Source of the DNA: a virus
Taxonomy: Duplodnaviria; Caudoviricetes
Length of the DNA: 64,000 nt
IMG/VR virus record: IMGVR_UViG_3300020718_000278
Span: 1-64,000 of that record
Reading direction: 5' to 3' (one strand)
Shown here: piece after piece, positions 16,840-26,708 of the stretch
Layout of the letters: each line of letters begins with the position of its first letter
Position numbering within the stretch: the first letter of the stretch is position 1
The notes under the pieces: model-generated
The model's database searches: none
Seen by the model: the letters and a program-made list of their open reading frames with translations, nothing else
Told to the model about the DNA's origin: nothing
Translations under genes and position numbers: made by a program

Positions 16840-18599
16840 GCTATTTCAATATCCGTATTGTAACTGGTAAATCCATTATCTTTAACTACTTTCAAAATGT
16901 TTTCTACACGACCAGCAAGTTCATCTCTGTGGCTTACCAACCAAATACTCTTATGTCGTTCACGTGACATTTGTTTTAACAAAGCCAATGCTGACTCTAC
17001 TCCTTGTGTGTCTAGCCCATTGTCAATCATTTCATCAATGAATAACACATTAATTGGAGTGTATAGTGATTCAAACACATCGCGGAATGCCCATGCCATG
17101 CTTAAAATTAATCTATTGCGCTCACCTCGACTTAAATTATCAAAATCAAGTTCACGTCCTAGTTCTTCAATACTAACAGTTAAATCATTTTGGAATACTA
17201 CAGTATGCGGCAACCCAATACGATCCAAATAATGTGTTAATCTAACATTTAAATAGGATAAATTTTGTTCAATAATTTTTTTGCGAATAAATGAATCTTT
17301 ATTTGTAAGCAATTTTAATAAAAACTCTTGATGATCTTGAAGTTTTGTTAACTCATTTAATGTGTCATAGGTAACTTCTTGGACTGCTTGTGTTTGCATT
17401 TCACTAATTTGTTCAGCATATGGATCTACTTCGGCTATTTTTTCTTCTAACTGCTTTTGTAAATTAGCTAAATTAGCACGATGCTGAATAGCTTGTTCTT
17501 CTTTGTCATAAAACATTTTGGGAGGTTTACCTAACACGCCCAAGGCGTCGTGGGCAGTCTGTAAACTTGCCAGTCCAATAGCATATTCTTGGCAACTCGC
17601 TCTAGACGTTGCCAGTTCACTCTTCTTGATCTCCATGACCTGTTCGTGCTTCTCGTCGTGAAAGGCTTGACCGCACGTATGGCAGGTATGTGATTCGAGA
17701 GTTTCAATTTCCTTTTCCAATTTAGCCACCGACTTAGCCTCACGGGCTTGATCCAGTTTTCCCCTGCTGATCGCAGACGCAAAATCGTTGATATCTTTAC
17801 GTTTCTGATCCCACAAGCTGTGCGCTTTGTGAGCCTCGATTTCCGCATTAATGTCGATCTCTTGTAGTGTCTCCAGCGCGGTCGTAATTTTAGTTTTCTC
17901 TTCTTCATTTTTAATGACCCACATTCCTTGTCTACGTTTTAATGCTTCAATTTGTTCTTCAATACGTTTGTTAGCATCTTGTACAGCGCGAATACGAAAT
18001 TCCTCTTTTTGTATATCATCTTTGGTAGTGCGATTTAGCTCTTTTATTCGCTCAGCACGTTCGGATAACATAGTAATGCCCAACAGTTGCTCAATAATAG
18101 TACGTTGACTGTTAGCATTTAGTGATAAAAAAGGTTCTGTATAAGTGTTTAACGCCATAATATGCTTAAACATATCATGGCTCATACCTAATAAATGCTC
18201 AATTTCATCTTGTGTTTCACGACTGTCACCTTGAGCATTATCATCTGCTTCAGTTTCTTTATCGTTTACATAAAACTTTAGCAAATTAGGTTTACGTCCG
18301 CGTTCAATTTTATAATCTTGACCGCCTATACTAAAATCTAATGATACCAACATATTTTTACCATTAGTTTTGTTTATAAGGTTGTCACGTTTAATATTGC
18401 TGAGAGCAACGCCATACATAGCATAACTTAATGCGTTGATAATTGTAGTTTTTCCTGTACCATTTCTACTACCATCCCCACCGAGATCTAAATTTTCACC
18501 CAGCACTAAAGTTAAATCTTTTCTGTCAAAATCAATGCCTTGGGTGGCATTGCCCACACTCATAAAGTTCTTTACAGTTAAATTTTTTATTTGAATCAT
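16836..18599 (-). CDS. gp46: recombination ATPase, gp46/SbcC/Rad50-like
   Basis: Walker A NGTGKTT, coiled coil with CHTC zinc hook, signature LSRGE, Walker B LFIDE, H-loop VSH. Confidence 0.95.
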   Translation of the reverse strand: MIQIKNLTVKNFMSVGNATQGIDFDRKDLTLVLGENLDLGGDGSRNGTGKTTIINALSYAMYGVALSNIKRDNLINKTNGKNMLVSLDFSIGGQDYKIERGRKPNLLKFYVNDKETEADDNAQGDSRETQDEIEHLLGMSHDMFKHIMALNTYTEPFLSLNANSQRTIIEQLLGITMLSERAERIKELNRTTKDDIQKEEFRIRAVQDANKRIEEQIEALKRRQGMWVIKNEEEKTKITTALETLQEIDINAEIEAHKAHSLWDQKRKDINDFASAISRGKLDQAREAKSVAKLEKEIETLESHTCHTCGQAFHDEKHEQVMEIKKSELATSRASCQEYAIGLASLQTAHDALGVLGKPPKMFYDKEEQAIQHRANLANLQKQLEEKIAEVDPYAEQISEMQTQAVQEVTYDTLNELTKLQDHQEFLLKLLTNKDSFIRKKIIEQNLSYLNVRLTHYLDRIGLPHTVVFQNDLTVSIEELGRELDFDNLSRGERNRLILSMAWAFRDVFESLYTPINVLFIDEMIDNGLDTQGVESALALLKQMSRERHKSIWLVSHRDELAGRVENILKVVKDNGFTSYNTDIEIA

Positions 18600-19612
18600 A
18601 GATTTTGATATATTTTTAACAACAATTTAGGATCATAAAATTCTGATTCTATATTTGTAATTTGATCAGTAACAATTTGATCAACACTTTCAAATTTTAC
18701 TTCCCCCGGAGCAAGATCTAAGTTTATATCAGTACGTTTAGATGGGATCAGCGCCATTTCTCGTAAATTATAATCTTTAATAAATGTTTCTTTAATAAAA
18801 TTAGCTTCTTCGTAACTAATATCAATATCTAACTCTACACGAACATGCATGTTGGGTACAAATATATTGGCGCCATTATCTATTGCTTCACTTAATTTCA
18901 TAACACGATATAAAGGTTGTCCAGGCCAAGCATGATATACAGGATCTTTGCCCCAATCTAAAACCATCATGCCACGATCACTATCGCCAGCATCGGCAAA
19001 GTTGTGCGGAAAACAATTTCCAATATATGTAACATTTTTTCGAGTTTGGCGTAAGTGGAAATGACCACTAAACACGCTTTCTACTCCTTGAAAATTATCA
19101 ACTTGTATTTCACCGTGGTCTGGCATTTCTACCATAGCATTCATTTTAAAATGTGGCAATTCAAAATGACCAAACATATACTTAGAATTCATTTTACTTA
19201 ATTTTTTATGGTCATCACCTACTAGCCACGGAGCAATTATAACATCATCTTGTTTAAACCAATCATTGACAATTATAATATTGGGAATATGTTTTGCCCA
19301 TTCTGCTCCATGTATATCTCGTTTATCACGATAATATAAATCGTGGTTGCCAGGAATAAAATAAAAAGTATCAAATGCTTTTGATAATTTTTCTATTGCT
19401 TGAACGCTAAATTGTAGTGTTTGTAAATTGATTGAAGCACGGTGATTATGCCAATCACCGAGAAACATTCCAGTTTCGCAACCTTCTTCTTTGGCTTTGG
19501 CAATAAACCAATCAATAAATGTTTCACAATCTCGATTATGTACTAGACTATTGGATTTCAAACCCCAGTGTAGATCCGTACATACTGCTACCTTTTTAAA
19601 TAAATTACTCAT
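18596..19612 (-). CDS. gp47: recombination nuclease, gp47/SbcD/Mre11-like
   Basis: Metallophosphoesterase motifs DLH, GD, GNHD, GH, SGHFH. Confidence 0.95.
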   Translation of the reverse strand: MSNLFKKVAVCTDLHWGLKSNSLVHNRDCETFIDWFIAKAKEEGCETGMFLGDWHNHRASINLQTLQFSVQAIEKLSKAFDTFYFIPGNHDLYYRDKRDIHGAEWAKHIPNIIIVNDWFKQDDVIIAPWLVGDDHKKLSKMNSKYMFGHFELPHFKMNAMVEMPDHGEIQVDNFQGVESVFSGHFHLRQTRKNVTYIGNCFPHNFADAGDSDRGMMVLDWGKDPVYHAWPGQPLYRVMKLSEAIDNGANIFVPNMHVRVELDIDISYEEANFIKETFIKDYNLREMALIPSKRTDINLDLAPGEVKFESVDQIVTDQITNIESEFYDPKLLLKIYQNL

Positions 19613-19832
19613 CTATTTTTTTTTGTTCCCAGGCTTTGTAGCCATTGTGCGATTTTCCTTTTATAGTTTTCTCGATTACAGTTTTAGGTACTTGCCCCGT
19701 AATTCGAGCGAATTCGCTTTTACTTTTGTATTGTAGCATATTACCATCTGGGTGTTCAACTAATATGGCAACACTGACTTTTGCGGCACCAAGTAATCCA
19801 TTTTTGATATTATTAGCTCTAAATTTATACAA
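19605..19832 (-). pseudogene. probable remnant of a homing endonuclease (C-terminal DNA-binding domain only)
   Basis: KVSVAILVEHPDGNMLQYKSKSEFARITG...NGYK resembles a NUMOD1/IENR1-type HTH; no nuclease domain. Confidence 0.4.
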
Positions 19833-19841
19833 CTAAACTGG

Positions 19842-20762
19842 TTAATCTTCGTTATTATATTCGGCAATGTCAATATTGGTAACAATACTACCAGCGTTGT
19901 GATTTTTTTTGCCAGCGTTTTGTCTTGTCCAAGAAGGATTCAACCCGTTCATTTCTAACATGTCATCACGAATGTTTTGATTTTTCTTTTCAGAATTAAG
20001 AACATGTGTAAATGAATTGGTAATTGCCGCAGTATAATAAGCAAATGGATTTTGTGATTTTGATTCGTCAAATCGTAAACCAATTTGTGATAATTGTACC
20101 AGGGCCGCTCCACGCATTTCTTCGTTGTAAGTATAGCCACGCCAGTTACTACGAGTAGCATATCGATCACATAATTTCATAAACATATTGGCTAGTATAC
20201 GAGTCATAGAGCCATGATCTTTGTTAAACTCGCCTCGATCCAAATCACCGATCCAGTGACTTTTACCCACAATAAATGGTTGTTTTTTATCATCTATTCT
20301 ATAATGATAAAATGGGGGAAATGGAAGTCTTACATGCTTGGTATCATCCAATGCTGGTTCTATTGGCAAATCAAGCAACGGGTCTACTTCTATATCAAAT
20401 TCAAAAATATCTTCAATTTTTTTCTTTTTAGTAGTAGCAGATTTGGGGATTTTTTTTGGAGCCATAGGTATGTGTTCCCAACAAGTAACACGAAATACTA
20501 AATCAGTATTGGGTATTTTTTTAGGATCAATGACAACTCCTGTTTCTTTTTTAATACGGTCTGCTCGATTTCTACGAGCTTCTGCTACGGTACGTTGATT
20601 AATTTTTTCTACTGTGGGTAAAATAATATCATATTGATGGTCGTTTACGGGGTCTTTAAATGTACAATATGTATTTTTGGATAAGTGTATTTGCTTTAGA
20701 ATATCTCTGTTATTGAGATAAATTACTTTTTTTGGTGTGGGGGTTATTGGGGCAGTAGCCAC
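19842..20762 (-). CDS. gp55: late transcription sigma factor, gp55-like
   Basis: RYATRSNWRGYTYNEEM...RFDESKSQNPFAYYTAAITNSF; IYLNNRDIL N-terminus; next to gp47/gp46 as in T4; GTG start with AGGAG SD. Confidence 0.8.
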   Translation of the reverse strand: MATAPITPTPKKVIYLNNRDILKQIHLSKNTYCTFKDPVNDHQYDIILPTVEKINQRTVAEARRNRADRIKKETGVVIDPKKIPNTDLVFRVTCWEHIPMAPKKIPKSATTKKKKIEDIFEFDIEVDPLLDLPIEPALDDTKHVRLPFPPFYHYRIDDKKQPFIVGKSHWIGDLDRGEFNKDHGSMTRILANMFMKLCDRYATRSNWRGYTYNEEMRGAALVQLSQIGLRFDESKSQNPFAYYTAAITNSFTHVLNSEKKNQNIRDDMLEMNGLNPSWTRQNAGKKNHNAGSIVTNIDIAEYNNED

Positions 20763-20788
20763 TGGTTAAATCTCCTATATATGTTGTA

Positions 20789-20816
20789 ATTATACAACGA
20801 AATTAAAATTTGTCAA
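20789..20816 (-). promoter_or_regulatory. consensus sigma70 promoter TTGACA-16-TATAAT for the sigma/gp47/gp46 operon
   Basis: Exact hexamers on the minus strand at 20816-20811 and 20794-20789. Confidence 0.8.
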
Positions 20817-20850
20817 CCTTTTTAACATAATATGACTACATTATTTAAGA

Positions 20851-20858
20851 TATAAATA
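20851..20858 (+). promoter_or_regulatory. late promoter TATAAATA for the baseplate operon
   Basis: Exact T4 late consensus upstream of 20880. Confidence 0.7.
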
Positions 20859-20879
20859 TGAATATAGGAAAAGAAAGAT

Positions 20880-21791
20880 ATGGCGGCCACACAAGGTACA
20901 GTAAACGTTACACAAGCACCCTTAAATACCACGGCTGGATCACCAGCGACTGCACAAATTATAGCAGGTACGTCAGATGCTCAACAACAGCCAGCGATTG
21001 CCACTCAACAAAGTCAGGCAGCAAGTAGTACTGATTGGCGATTAAAAATAAGTTTAGCACAAAATGCCACGTATTTGTATAATGATCCTAACCCAGGTAT
21101 ACTACAACCATTAAGATCAACAAACGGAGTAATTTTTCCATATACTCCAAAAATTGATTTAACTTACAGAGCTAACTATTCTCCATACGAATTAACGCAT
21201 TCTAATTATAAAGGATATTTTTATCAAAATAGTAATGTTAGTGATATTAACATTGTAGGAAATTTTACGGCTCAAACTACCAATGACGCAAATTATTTGT
21301 TGGCGGTAATACATTTTTTCCGTTCGGCTACAAAAATGTTTTATGGTCAAGATGCTCAACGCGGAGTGCCTCCGCCGCTAGTGTTTATGTCTGGGCTTGG
21401 ACAATATCAATTTAATAATCACCCTTGTGTGATTAGCAGTTTTCAATATACCTTGCCAGAAGATGTAGATTATATTCGAGCCTCGGTGGCAAATAATGTT
21501 GGACTTAATGCCTCGACAATAAGCAACGTTTTAAATAGCGTAGTGGCAGCAGGCGGAATAAGTGGTAATGCCAGACTGGCAGCGGCATTTACAACTCCAG
21601 GAGCACTGCCAATTACTCCTTTTGGAAGCATAAACACTCCTAACAACGCTTCCGGGGTTCCAACATATGTGCCAACAAAAATGTCTGTGTCAATCACATT
21701 ATTGCCTATGAACTCTAGACAACAAATTAGTCAACAATTTAGTCTCAAAGGATTTGCCAATGGCAATTTACTCCGAGGAGGATTTTGGTAA
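20880..21791 (+). CDS. tail tube initiator / baseplate tube cap (gp48/gp54-like)
   Basis: GVIFPYTP...YFYQNS...PPPLVFMSG...PCVISSFQYTLPEDVDYI...PTKMSVSITL; first gene of the baseplate operon. Confidence 0.65.
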   Translation: MAATQGTVNVTQAPLNTTAGSPATAQIIAGTSDAQQQPAIATQQSQAASSTDWRLKISLAQNATYLYNDPNPGILQPLRSTNGVIFPYTPKIDLTYRANYSPYELTHSNYKGYFYQNSNVSDINIVGNFTAQTTNDANYLLAVIHFFRSATKMFYGQDAQRGVPPPLVFMSGLGQYQFNNHPCVISSFQYTLPEDVDYIRASVANNVGLNASTISNVLNSVVAAGGISGNARLAAAFTTPGALPITPFGSINTPNNASGVPTYVPTKMSVSITLLPMNSRQQISQQFSLKGFANGNLLRGGFW

Positions 21792-22090
21792 TGGCAAACT
21801 ACGATCAAACAAGTCCATACTATTTGACACGATATAGTCAATTCTTTTTGGATGTAATGGTTAATAGGCCAATACCCAAACTTGTTGATGACCAACACTG
21901 GCAGATAAATTTAACGTATCAATACAGACCAGATTTGTTGGCTTATGATTTATATCAAAATAGTAATTTATGGTGGGTGTTTTATCAGCGTAATCCTAAT
22001 ACATTAAACGCTCCGCCATTAGATTTTAAATCTGGTACAAAAATTTATCTGCCTAAAATTACCACACTTAAATCTGTGTTAGGATTCTAA
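21791..22090 (+). CDS. LysM-like baseplate wedge protein (gp53/gpX-like)
   Basis: YQYRPDLLAYDLYQNSNLWWVF...GTKIYLP; start likely 21791 (TAATG overlap). Confidence 0.8.
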   Translation: MANYDQTSPYYLTRYSQFFLDVMVNRPIPKLVDDQHWQINLTYQYRPDLLAYDLYQNSNLWWVFYQRNPNTLNAPPLDFKSGTKIYLPKITTLKSVLGF

Positions 22091-22091
22091 T

Positions 22092-23411
22092 ATGGCACTT
22101 CCAACACAAGCCCAGCTTGCCGCTATCGATGCTGCTTCAGGTGGAACTGCATCTGTGCCACTAACAGCCGAACAGCAACAAATCGTTACATTAGGGCAAA
22201 GCCAATCAACTTCCTCGCAAACCGTACCTGGGCCAGTACCTTATAATGCGCCAGTTTTTACACAGGATCAGTTAAATCAAAATTTATCAGCAAGTCAACC
22301 AGCTGTAGGAACGCCCGGTAGCGATCAAGCCGGACCACCAGAGCCCACTGCTCCATCTACTCCAGGTGCCGGGGCAGCAACAGATGATAATTCTAATGGC
22401 GCTAATACAACATCGGGTACCAATTCCATTTTAAACACGGCTACTGCACCTGGATCGTTAATTACGCCACAACCCAATATATTAGATCAATTTGCCAGTT
22501 ATACATATAATATTGGTTGGTATTTGTTGACTCCTGATCAAGCTAGAGCCGTGTCGGAACCAATCAAAATTGATGTAACACAATGGTCTCTTTTAGTTCA
22601 AAGCGGTGGTGCCGGCCTAGAGCAAACGGGAATATTTCAAGCAGGAACTGCCGCTGCTTCTCTTAATCCTTTGGTGGAAACAGTTGCCAATAGATTAGGA
22701 CTTAGTACGCTGTCTACTACAGGGCGTAACAAATATTTTACATACGATTATTATTTAGATGATTTAGAAATTCAAATTCCATTTGTAAAAGAAGCGGGGG
22801 CTACGGTGCTTTCTTTCACAGTACAAGAACCATACGGATTGACATTATTGCCAAATCTCATGAACGCTGTTAATGATTTGTATAAACAAGACGCAGCATC
22901 AGCTAGTAATGCTCAGTATTGTTTGGTAGTAAAATTTTATGGGTGGGACGCTAAAGGCAATTTAATATCGAGTCCTAAACAAAATGAAGGTATACCTGGA
23001 ATAACGCCATCTGTATCTAATGCAGTAGTTACAAGATATTACCCGTTTCAAATTATTAAATTAGATTTTAAGCAAGCCAGCAAGGGGGTATCATATCATA
23101 TAGAAGGGTCTTGTCAAAATTTTGTTTATGCCAAGTCCAGTGCCACAGGTAGTATTCCGTTTAATTTTGAACTCACTGGGACAACCGTAGGAGAAGTATT
23201 GACAGGGTCTGGAAAAGGAGTAGGCAGTGCTGCCAAAGCTTCCGCTACAGATGGTAGAGAAGGAAAATCTACATCTTCTCCAGCACCCGTTCGAACAACA
23301 TTTGAAACCACTGCTTTTACTGAATCTACACCCACAACAGCAACTTATAATGCTGATGGTTCAGTTAATGCCGCTGATTTGAGCGGCTGGTCAAACGCAG
23401 GAGGAACATAG
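22092..23411 (+). CDS. baseplate hub-like protein, N-terminal part
   Basis: PNILDQFASYTYNIGWYL, FTVQEPYGLTLL; position between LysM and spike genes. Confidence 0.55.
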   Translation: MALPTQAQLAAIDAASGGTASVPLTAEQQQIVTLGQSQSTSSQTVPGPVPYNAPVFTQDQLNQNLSASQPAVGTPGSDQAGPPEPTAPSTPGAGAATDDNSNGANTTSGTNSILNTATAPGSLITPQPNILDQFASYTYNIGWYLLTPDQARAVSEPIKIDVTQWSLLVQSGGAGLEQTGIFQAGTAAASLNPLVETVANRLGLSTLSTTGRNKYFTYDYYLDDLEIQIPFVKEAGATVLSFTVQEPYGLTLLPNLMNAVNDLYKQDAASASNAQYCLVVKFYGWDAKGNLISSPKQNEGIPGITPSVSNAVVTRYYPFQIIKLDFKQASKGVSYHIEGSCQNFVYAKSSATGSIPFNFELTGTTVGEVLTGSGKGVGSAAKASATDGREGKSTSSPAPVRTTFETTAFTESTPTTATYNADGSVNAADLSGWSNAGGT

Positions 23412-23412
23412 C

Positions 23413-25176
23413 ATGGCAGCAATATATGATGCATTGGGTAATCACATAGGAGACGACAGCACCGGACCAGGAGTTAGGTCGGCTAGTGGATTAGACATTA
23501 ATAAAGCCGACCCTACCACGCCCCCTCCAACAGCCGCATCCGCCCCTCAGGGCAACACAAAATATGGTTATGTGGGGTTATGCGATGCGTTAAATGCCTA
23601 CGAACAAGGTTTAGTGGCGGCCGGAACAGTAGAAATTGCCAACATTTATGAAATACAATTTGTACCTCAAACCATAGCAGCATCTTCGCTTCAGCCACCC
23701 GGCGCAACTGACTATTCATCAACTGCAAATCAAACTAATGGATCTGCTCAATCCAAAATAAATCCAGATTCAAACAGCGTGAATATGAAAAGCAAAAATC
23801 TGTCACCGGCACAAGGAACACAGATAGTACAATTTATTGAACAAACAATGCGAAACAGTGGTTATATTACTCAGCAATTATTATCAACAGGCGATCAACT
23901 TGATGCCGCTGCTAAATCTACACCCAACTCGGCTAGCGAAAAAAAACCAGTATCTTGGTTTAAAATTGTTACTAATGCTGTTTGTATTGGTAACACAATA
24001 GATAAAAAAAGAAATGATTTTGCTTACCGTATAACTTATACCATTGTGAATTATGCTATCAATGAAGCTCAAAGTCAATATACGAAAAGTGCAAAATTTA
24101 GAGGAGTACATAAGCGTTATGATTATTGGTTTACTGGACTGAATACTCAAATATTAAATTATGAGCAAAAATACAATACGCAATATTTCAACGTGTTAGA
24201 TAGCAAAGCACCAACTGAAACCGATCAAAATAAAACAGGATCCGCCGTAACCAATGGCACACCAAACACTTCTGATATTGGAAAAGCCATGGGGCCAAAT
24301 AGAAATGTTCCAACCACCGCGTCAAGTCAAAGCGATCAACAATTAAAAAATGGTGCTGGAAATCCAGCAAGTACAATCGCTGATTTTTTGTATTCTCAAA
24401 GCGATCAAGCAACAGTTAAATTAGAAATTATAGGTGATCCGGCATTTTTAGTTCAAGGGGAAATGAAAGGAATTGGCGCCGGGGCAATCATAAATGCTCC
24501 ATTTTATCCAGATGGATCAGTAAACACAGAAATTCAAGAAATAGTTTTTTCAATTAATTTTAATACTGCTGGTGATTACAACAATGGTATAAGCGGACCT
24601 TACAGTGGCACAGGATTAATGGATATTGGCGGGCAAGAAGCCACCAAGGGAATTAATACATCATCTGCCCCAGCTCAGGCTAGTGCGGCTTACGCGGCAT
24701 TTAAAGTAACAAATCATTTTATTAAAGGTAAATTTACGCAAGATTTGGAAGGACGTATTTTACAAAATCTAAATTCCCAGCAAATTGATACTGCCGCGGG
24801 AAGAGCTTCTAGTATTTCCAATAAACTAGGACAATTGACTGGACTTTTGAACTCGGTAGCGCGAGTTCCTAACATAATAAACTCAGGAATAAGTGCGGTA
24901 GGGGGAGTAATAAACTCTTCAATAGCTGCATTATCGGTAGCGGCTCAAACACTTTATTCGTCTAATGCTGATAATTCTGCTGCCCCCATCAATAATGAAA
25001 GTTCTCAACCAGCTGCTCCTGCTGAACCACCAACATCTAATGGCGACATTAACACAGAGCAGGCGGGACCTCCGTCCCCGCCGCCAGAAATTCTTTTGCA
25101 AAATCAACTATCCGGAGATGGAGTTACCGCAAATGTTGATACAAGCGTTCAAATTATGGCAGCTCCTGATGCCTAA
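23413..25176 (+). CDS. baseplate hub-like protein (gp27/gpD-like), C-terminal part
   Basis: YDYWFTGLNTQILNYEQ, LEIIGDPAFL, VTNHFIKGKFTQDLEG; GGAGG SD. Confidence 0.6.
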   Translation: MAAIYDALGNHIGDDSTGPGVRSASGLDINKADPTTPPPTAASAPQGNTKYGYVGLCDALNAYEQGLVAAGTVEIANIYEIQFVPQTIAASSLQPPGATDYSSTANQTNGSAQSKINPDSNSVNMKSKNLSPAQGTQIVQFIEQTMRNSGYITQQLLSTGDQLDAAAKSTPNSASEKKPVSWFKIVTNAVCIGNTIDKKRNDFAYRITYTIVNYAINEAQSQYTKSAKFRGVHKRYDYWFTGLNTQILNYEQKYNTQYFNVLDSKAPTETDQNKTGSAVTNGTPNTSDIGKAMGPNRNVPTTASSQSDQQLKNGAGNPASTIADFLYSQSDQATVKLEIIGDPAFLVQGEMKGIGAGAIINAPFYPDGSVNTEIQEIVFSINFNTAGDYNNGISGPYSGTGLMDIGGQEATKGINTSSAPAQASAAYAAFKVTNHFIKGKFTQDLEGRILQNLNSQQIDTAAGRASSISNKLGQLTGLLNSVARVPNIINSGISAVGGVINSSIAALSVAAQTLYSSNADNSAAPINNESSQPAAPAEPPTSNGDINTEQAGPPSPPPEILLQNQLSGDGVTANVDTSVQIMAAPDA

Positions 25177-25190
25177 GGTAAATATATCAT

Positions 25191-26708
25191 ATGTCAGTTA
25201 ATGTACAAAGATCAACCGGCCGAGCATCAAATTATAAATTTGACCGTGGAGGAATGCCTACAGATTTTGGGCCTTTTATTGGCGAAATAATGAATAATGT
25301 TGATCCTACACGCAGTGGTAGAGTGCAAGTTTATATCAATCAATTTGCTGGCGGTGATAAAAAAAATAAAACATTATGGAGAACAGTAAGTTACATTCCG
25401 CCTTTTGGTGGGGCTACACCTAAAACAAGTACATCAACAGGTGTTGGAACTTATGGCAACAACAACAATCAACAAAGTTATGGAATGAGTTTTAATCCTC
25501 CAGATATTGGAGTGGAAGTTTTATGCTTTTTTGTGGCAGGAGATCCCAATCAAGGTTATTATATAGGGGTTGTACCGCAACAAGGTGCTAATCATATGGT
25601 CCCTGCGATAGGAGCAACTTCCAAAGCAGTACCACAAAACGCAAATCAATCAACGTATTTTGCTAAAAGTCCTCAGTTACCAACAGCAGAAATTAATAAT
25701 GCTGAAACAAATACCACAATCACTGAAAACCCACAATTTTTTAATCAAGAAAAACCAGTACATAGCTATGTGGCTTCTACCTTATTTCAGCAGGGCACCG
25801 TTAATGATCCTATTCGAGGCCCAATATCATCATCCAGTCAAAGAGAAAGTCCAACAACTGCCTTTGGAATGAGCACTCCCGGTAGACCAGTATATCAAGG
25901 GGGACTTAAAGATACTACTATCCAACAGCAAGTAGCTTCTGGTTCAGTTCCTCCAGAGGCAGTTAATGTTGTGGGACGTAAAGGCGGTCATTCATTTGTT
26001 ATGGACGATGGAGATGTAGGCGGAAATAATGCGCTAATACGTATTCGAACCGCCAAAGGTCACCAAATTACAATGAGTGATGACGGAAATTCTTTTTACA
26101 TATCACATTCTAGCGGTCAAGTTTGGTTGGAATTTGGTCAAGAAGGTACAATGGATGTTTATGCCACTAATTCAATTAATTTGCGTACCGAAGGTACTAT
26201 AAATTTACACGCCGACAAAGATTTTAATGTATTTGCTGGAGGCAACATTAATATGAAGAGTAATGTTGCAACTGTGTTAGAAAGCACAGGTAGTTTTACT
26301 TGTGCTACAGCAGATACATTAAAATTTTTTAGCGAAACTACTATAGGCATTAAAAGTAATGGACAGCTAGGACTTGATTCTATTGGTGGATTTTGGAATG
26401 GCAGAAGTGGTTCGTTGGTACTACAAGGATCATCGGTGGAAATAAATCCTGGCTTTGCCCCAACTGTATCAGTTCCAACCGGGCTAGTGGAATACACCAT
26501 GCCAGATAGTGCATTTAATACTAGCAGTGGCTGGGCGGTGTCTGCTACAGGTGTAGACAGTATTGTAACCCGTGCTCCATCTCATGAACCATGGCCTTAT
26601 CATAACCAAGGTGTCCAAGTAAATGTTAATTTAGGAGACGGAACTAATTCTGCTCCTCCAAGCGCGCCTACTATCCCCGCAGGAACTACTATAACTAAAA
26701 CATCATGA
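25191..26708 (+). CDS. baseplate central spike, gp5/VgrG-like, without a lysozyme domain
   Basis: OB-fold GEIMNNVDPTRSGRVQVYI...PPDIGVEVLCFF; beta-helix GHSFVMDD...IRTAKGHQITMSDD; PSHEPWPYH. Confidence 0.85.
   Translation: MSVNVQRSTGRASNYKFDRGGMPTDFGPFIGEIMNNVDPTRSGRVQVYINQFAGGDKKNKTLWRTVSYIPPFGGATPKTSTSTGVGTYGNNNNQQSYGMSFNPPDIGVEVLCFFVAGDPNQGYYIGVVPQQGANHMVPAIGATSKAVPQNANQSTYFAKSPQLPTAEINNAETNTTITENPQFFNQEKPVHSYVASTLFQQGTVNDPIRGPISSSSQRESPTTAFGMSTPGRPVYQGGLKDTTIQQQVASGSVPPEAVNVVGRKGGHSFVMDDGDVGGNNALIRIRTAKGHQITMSDDGNSFYISHSSGQVWLEFGQEGTMDVYATNSINLRTEGTINLHADKDFNVFAGGNINMKSNVATVLESTGSFTCATADTLKFFSETTIGIKSNGQLGLDSIGGFWNGRSGSLVLQGSSVEINPGFAPTVSVPTGLVEYTMPDSAFNTSSGWAVSATGVDSIVTRAPSHEPWPYHNQGVQVNVNLGDGTNSAPPSAPTIPAGTTITKTS

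Noticed and set aside
23400-23415. Sequencing frameshift explaining the split hub gene (also at 27586)
   Set aside because: The downstream ORFs have well-spaced SD sequences and coupled starts.
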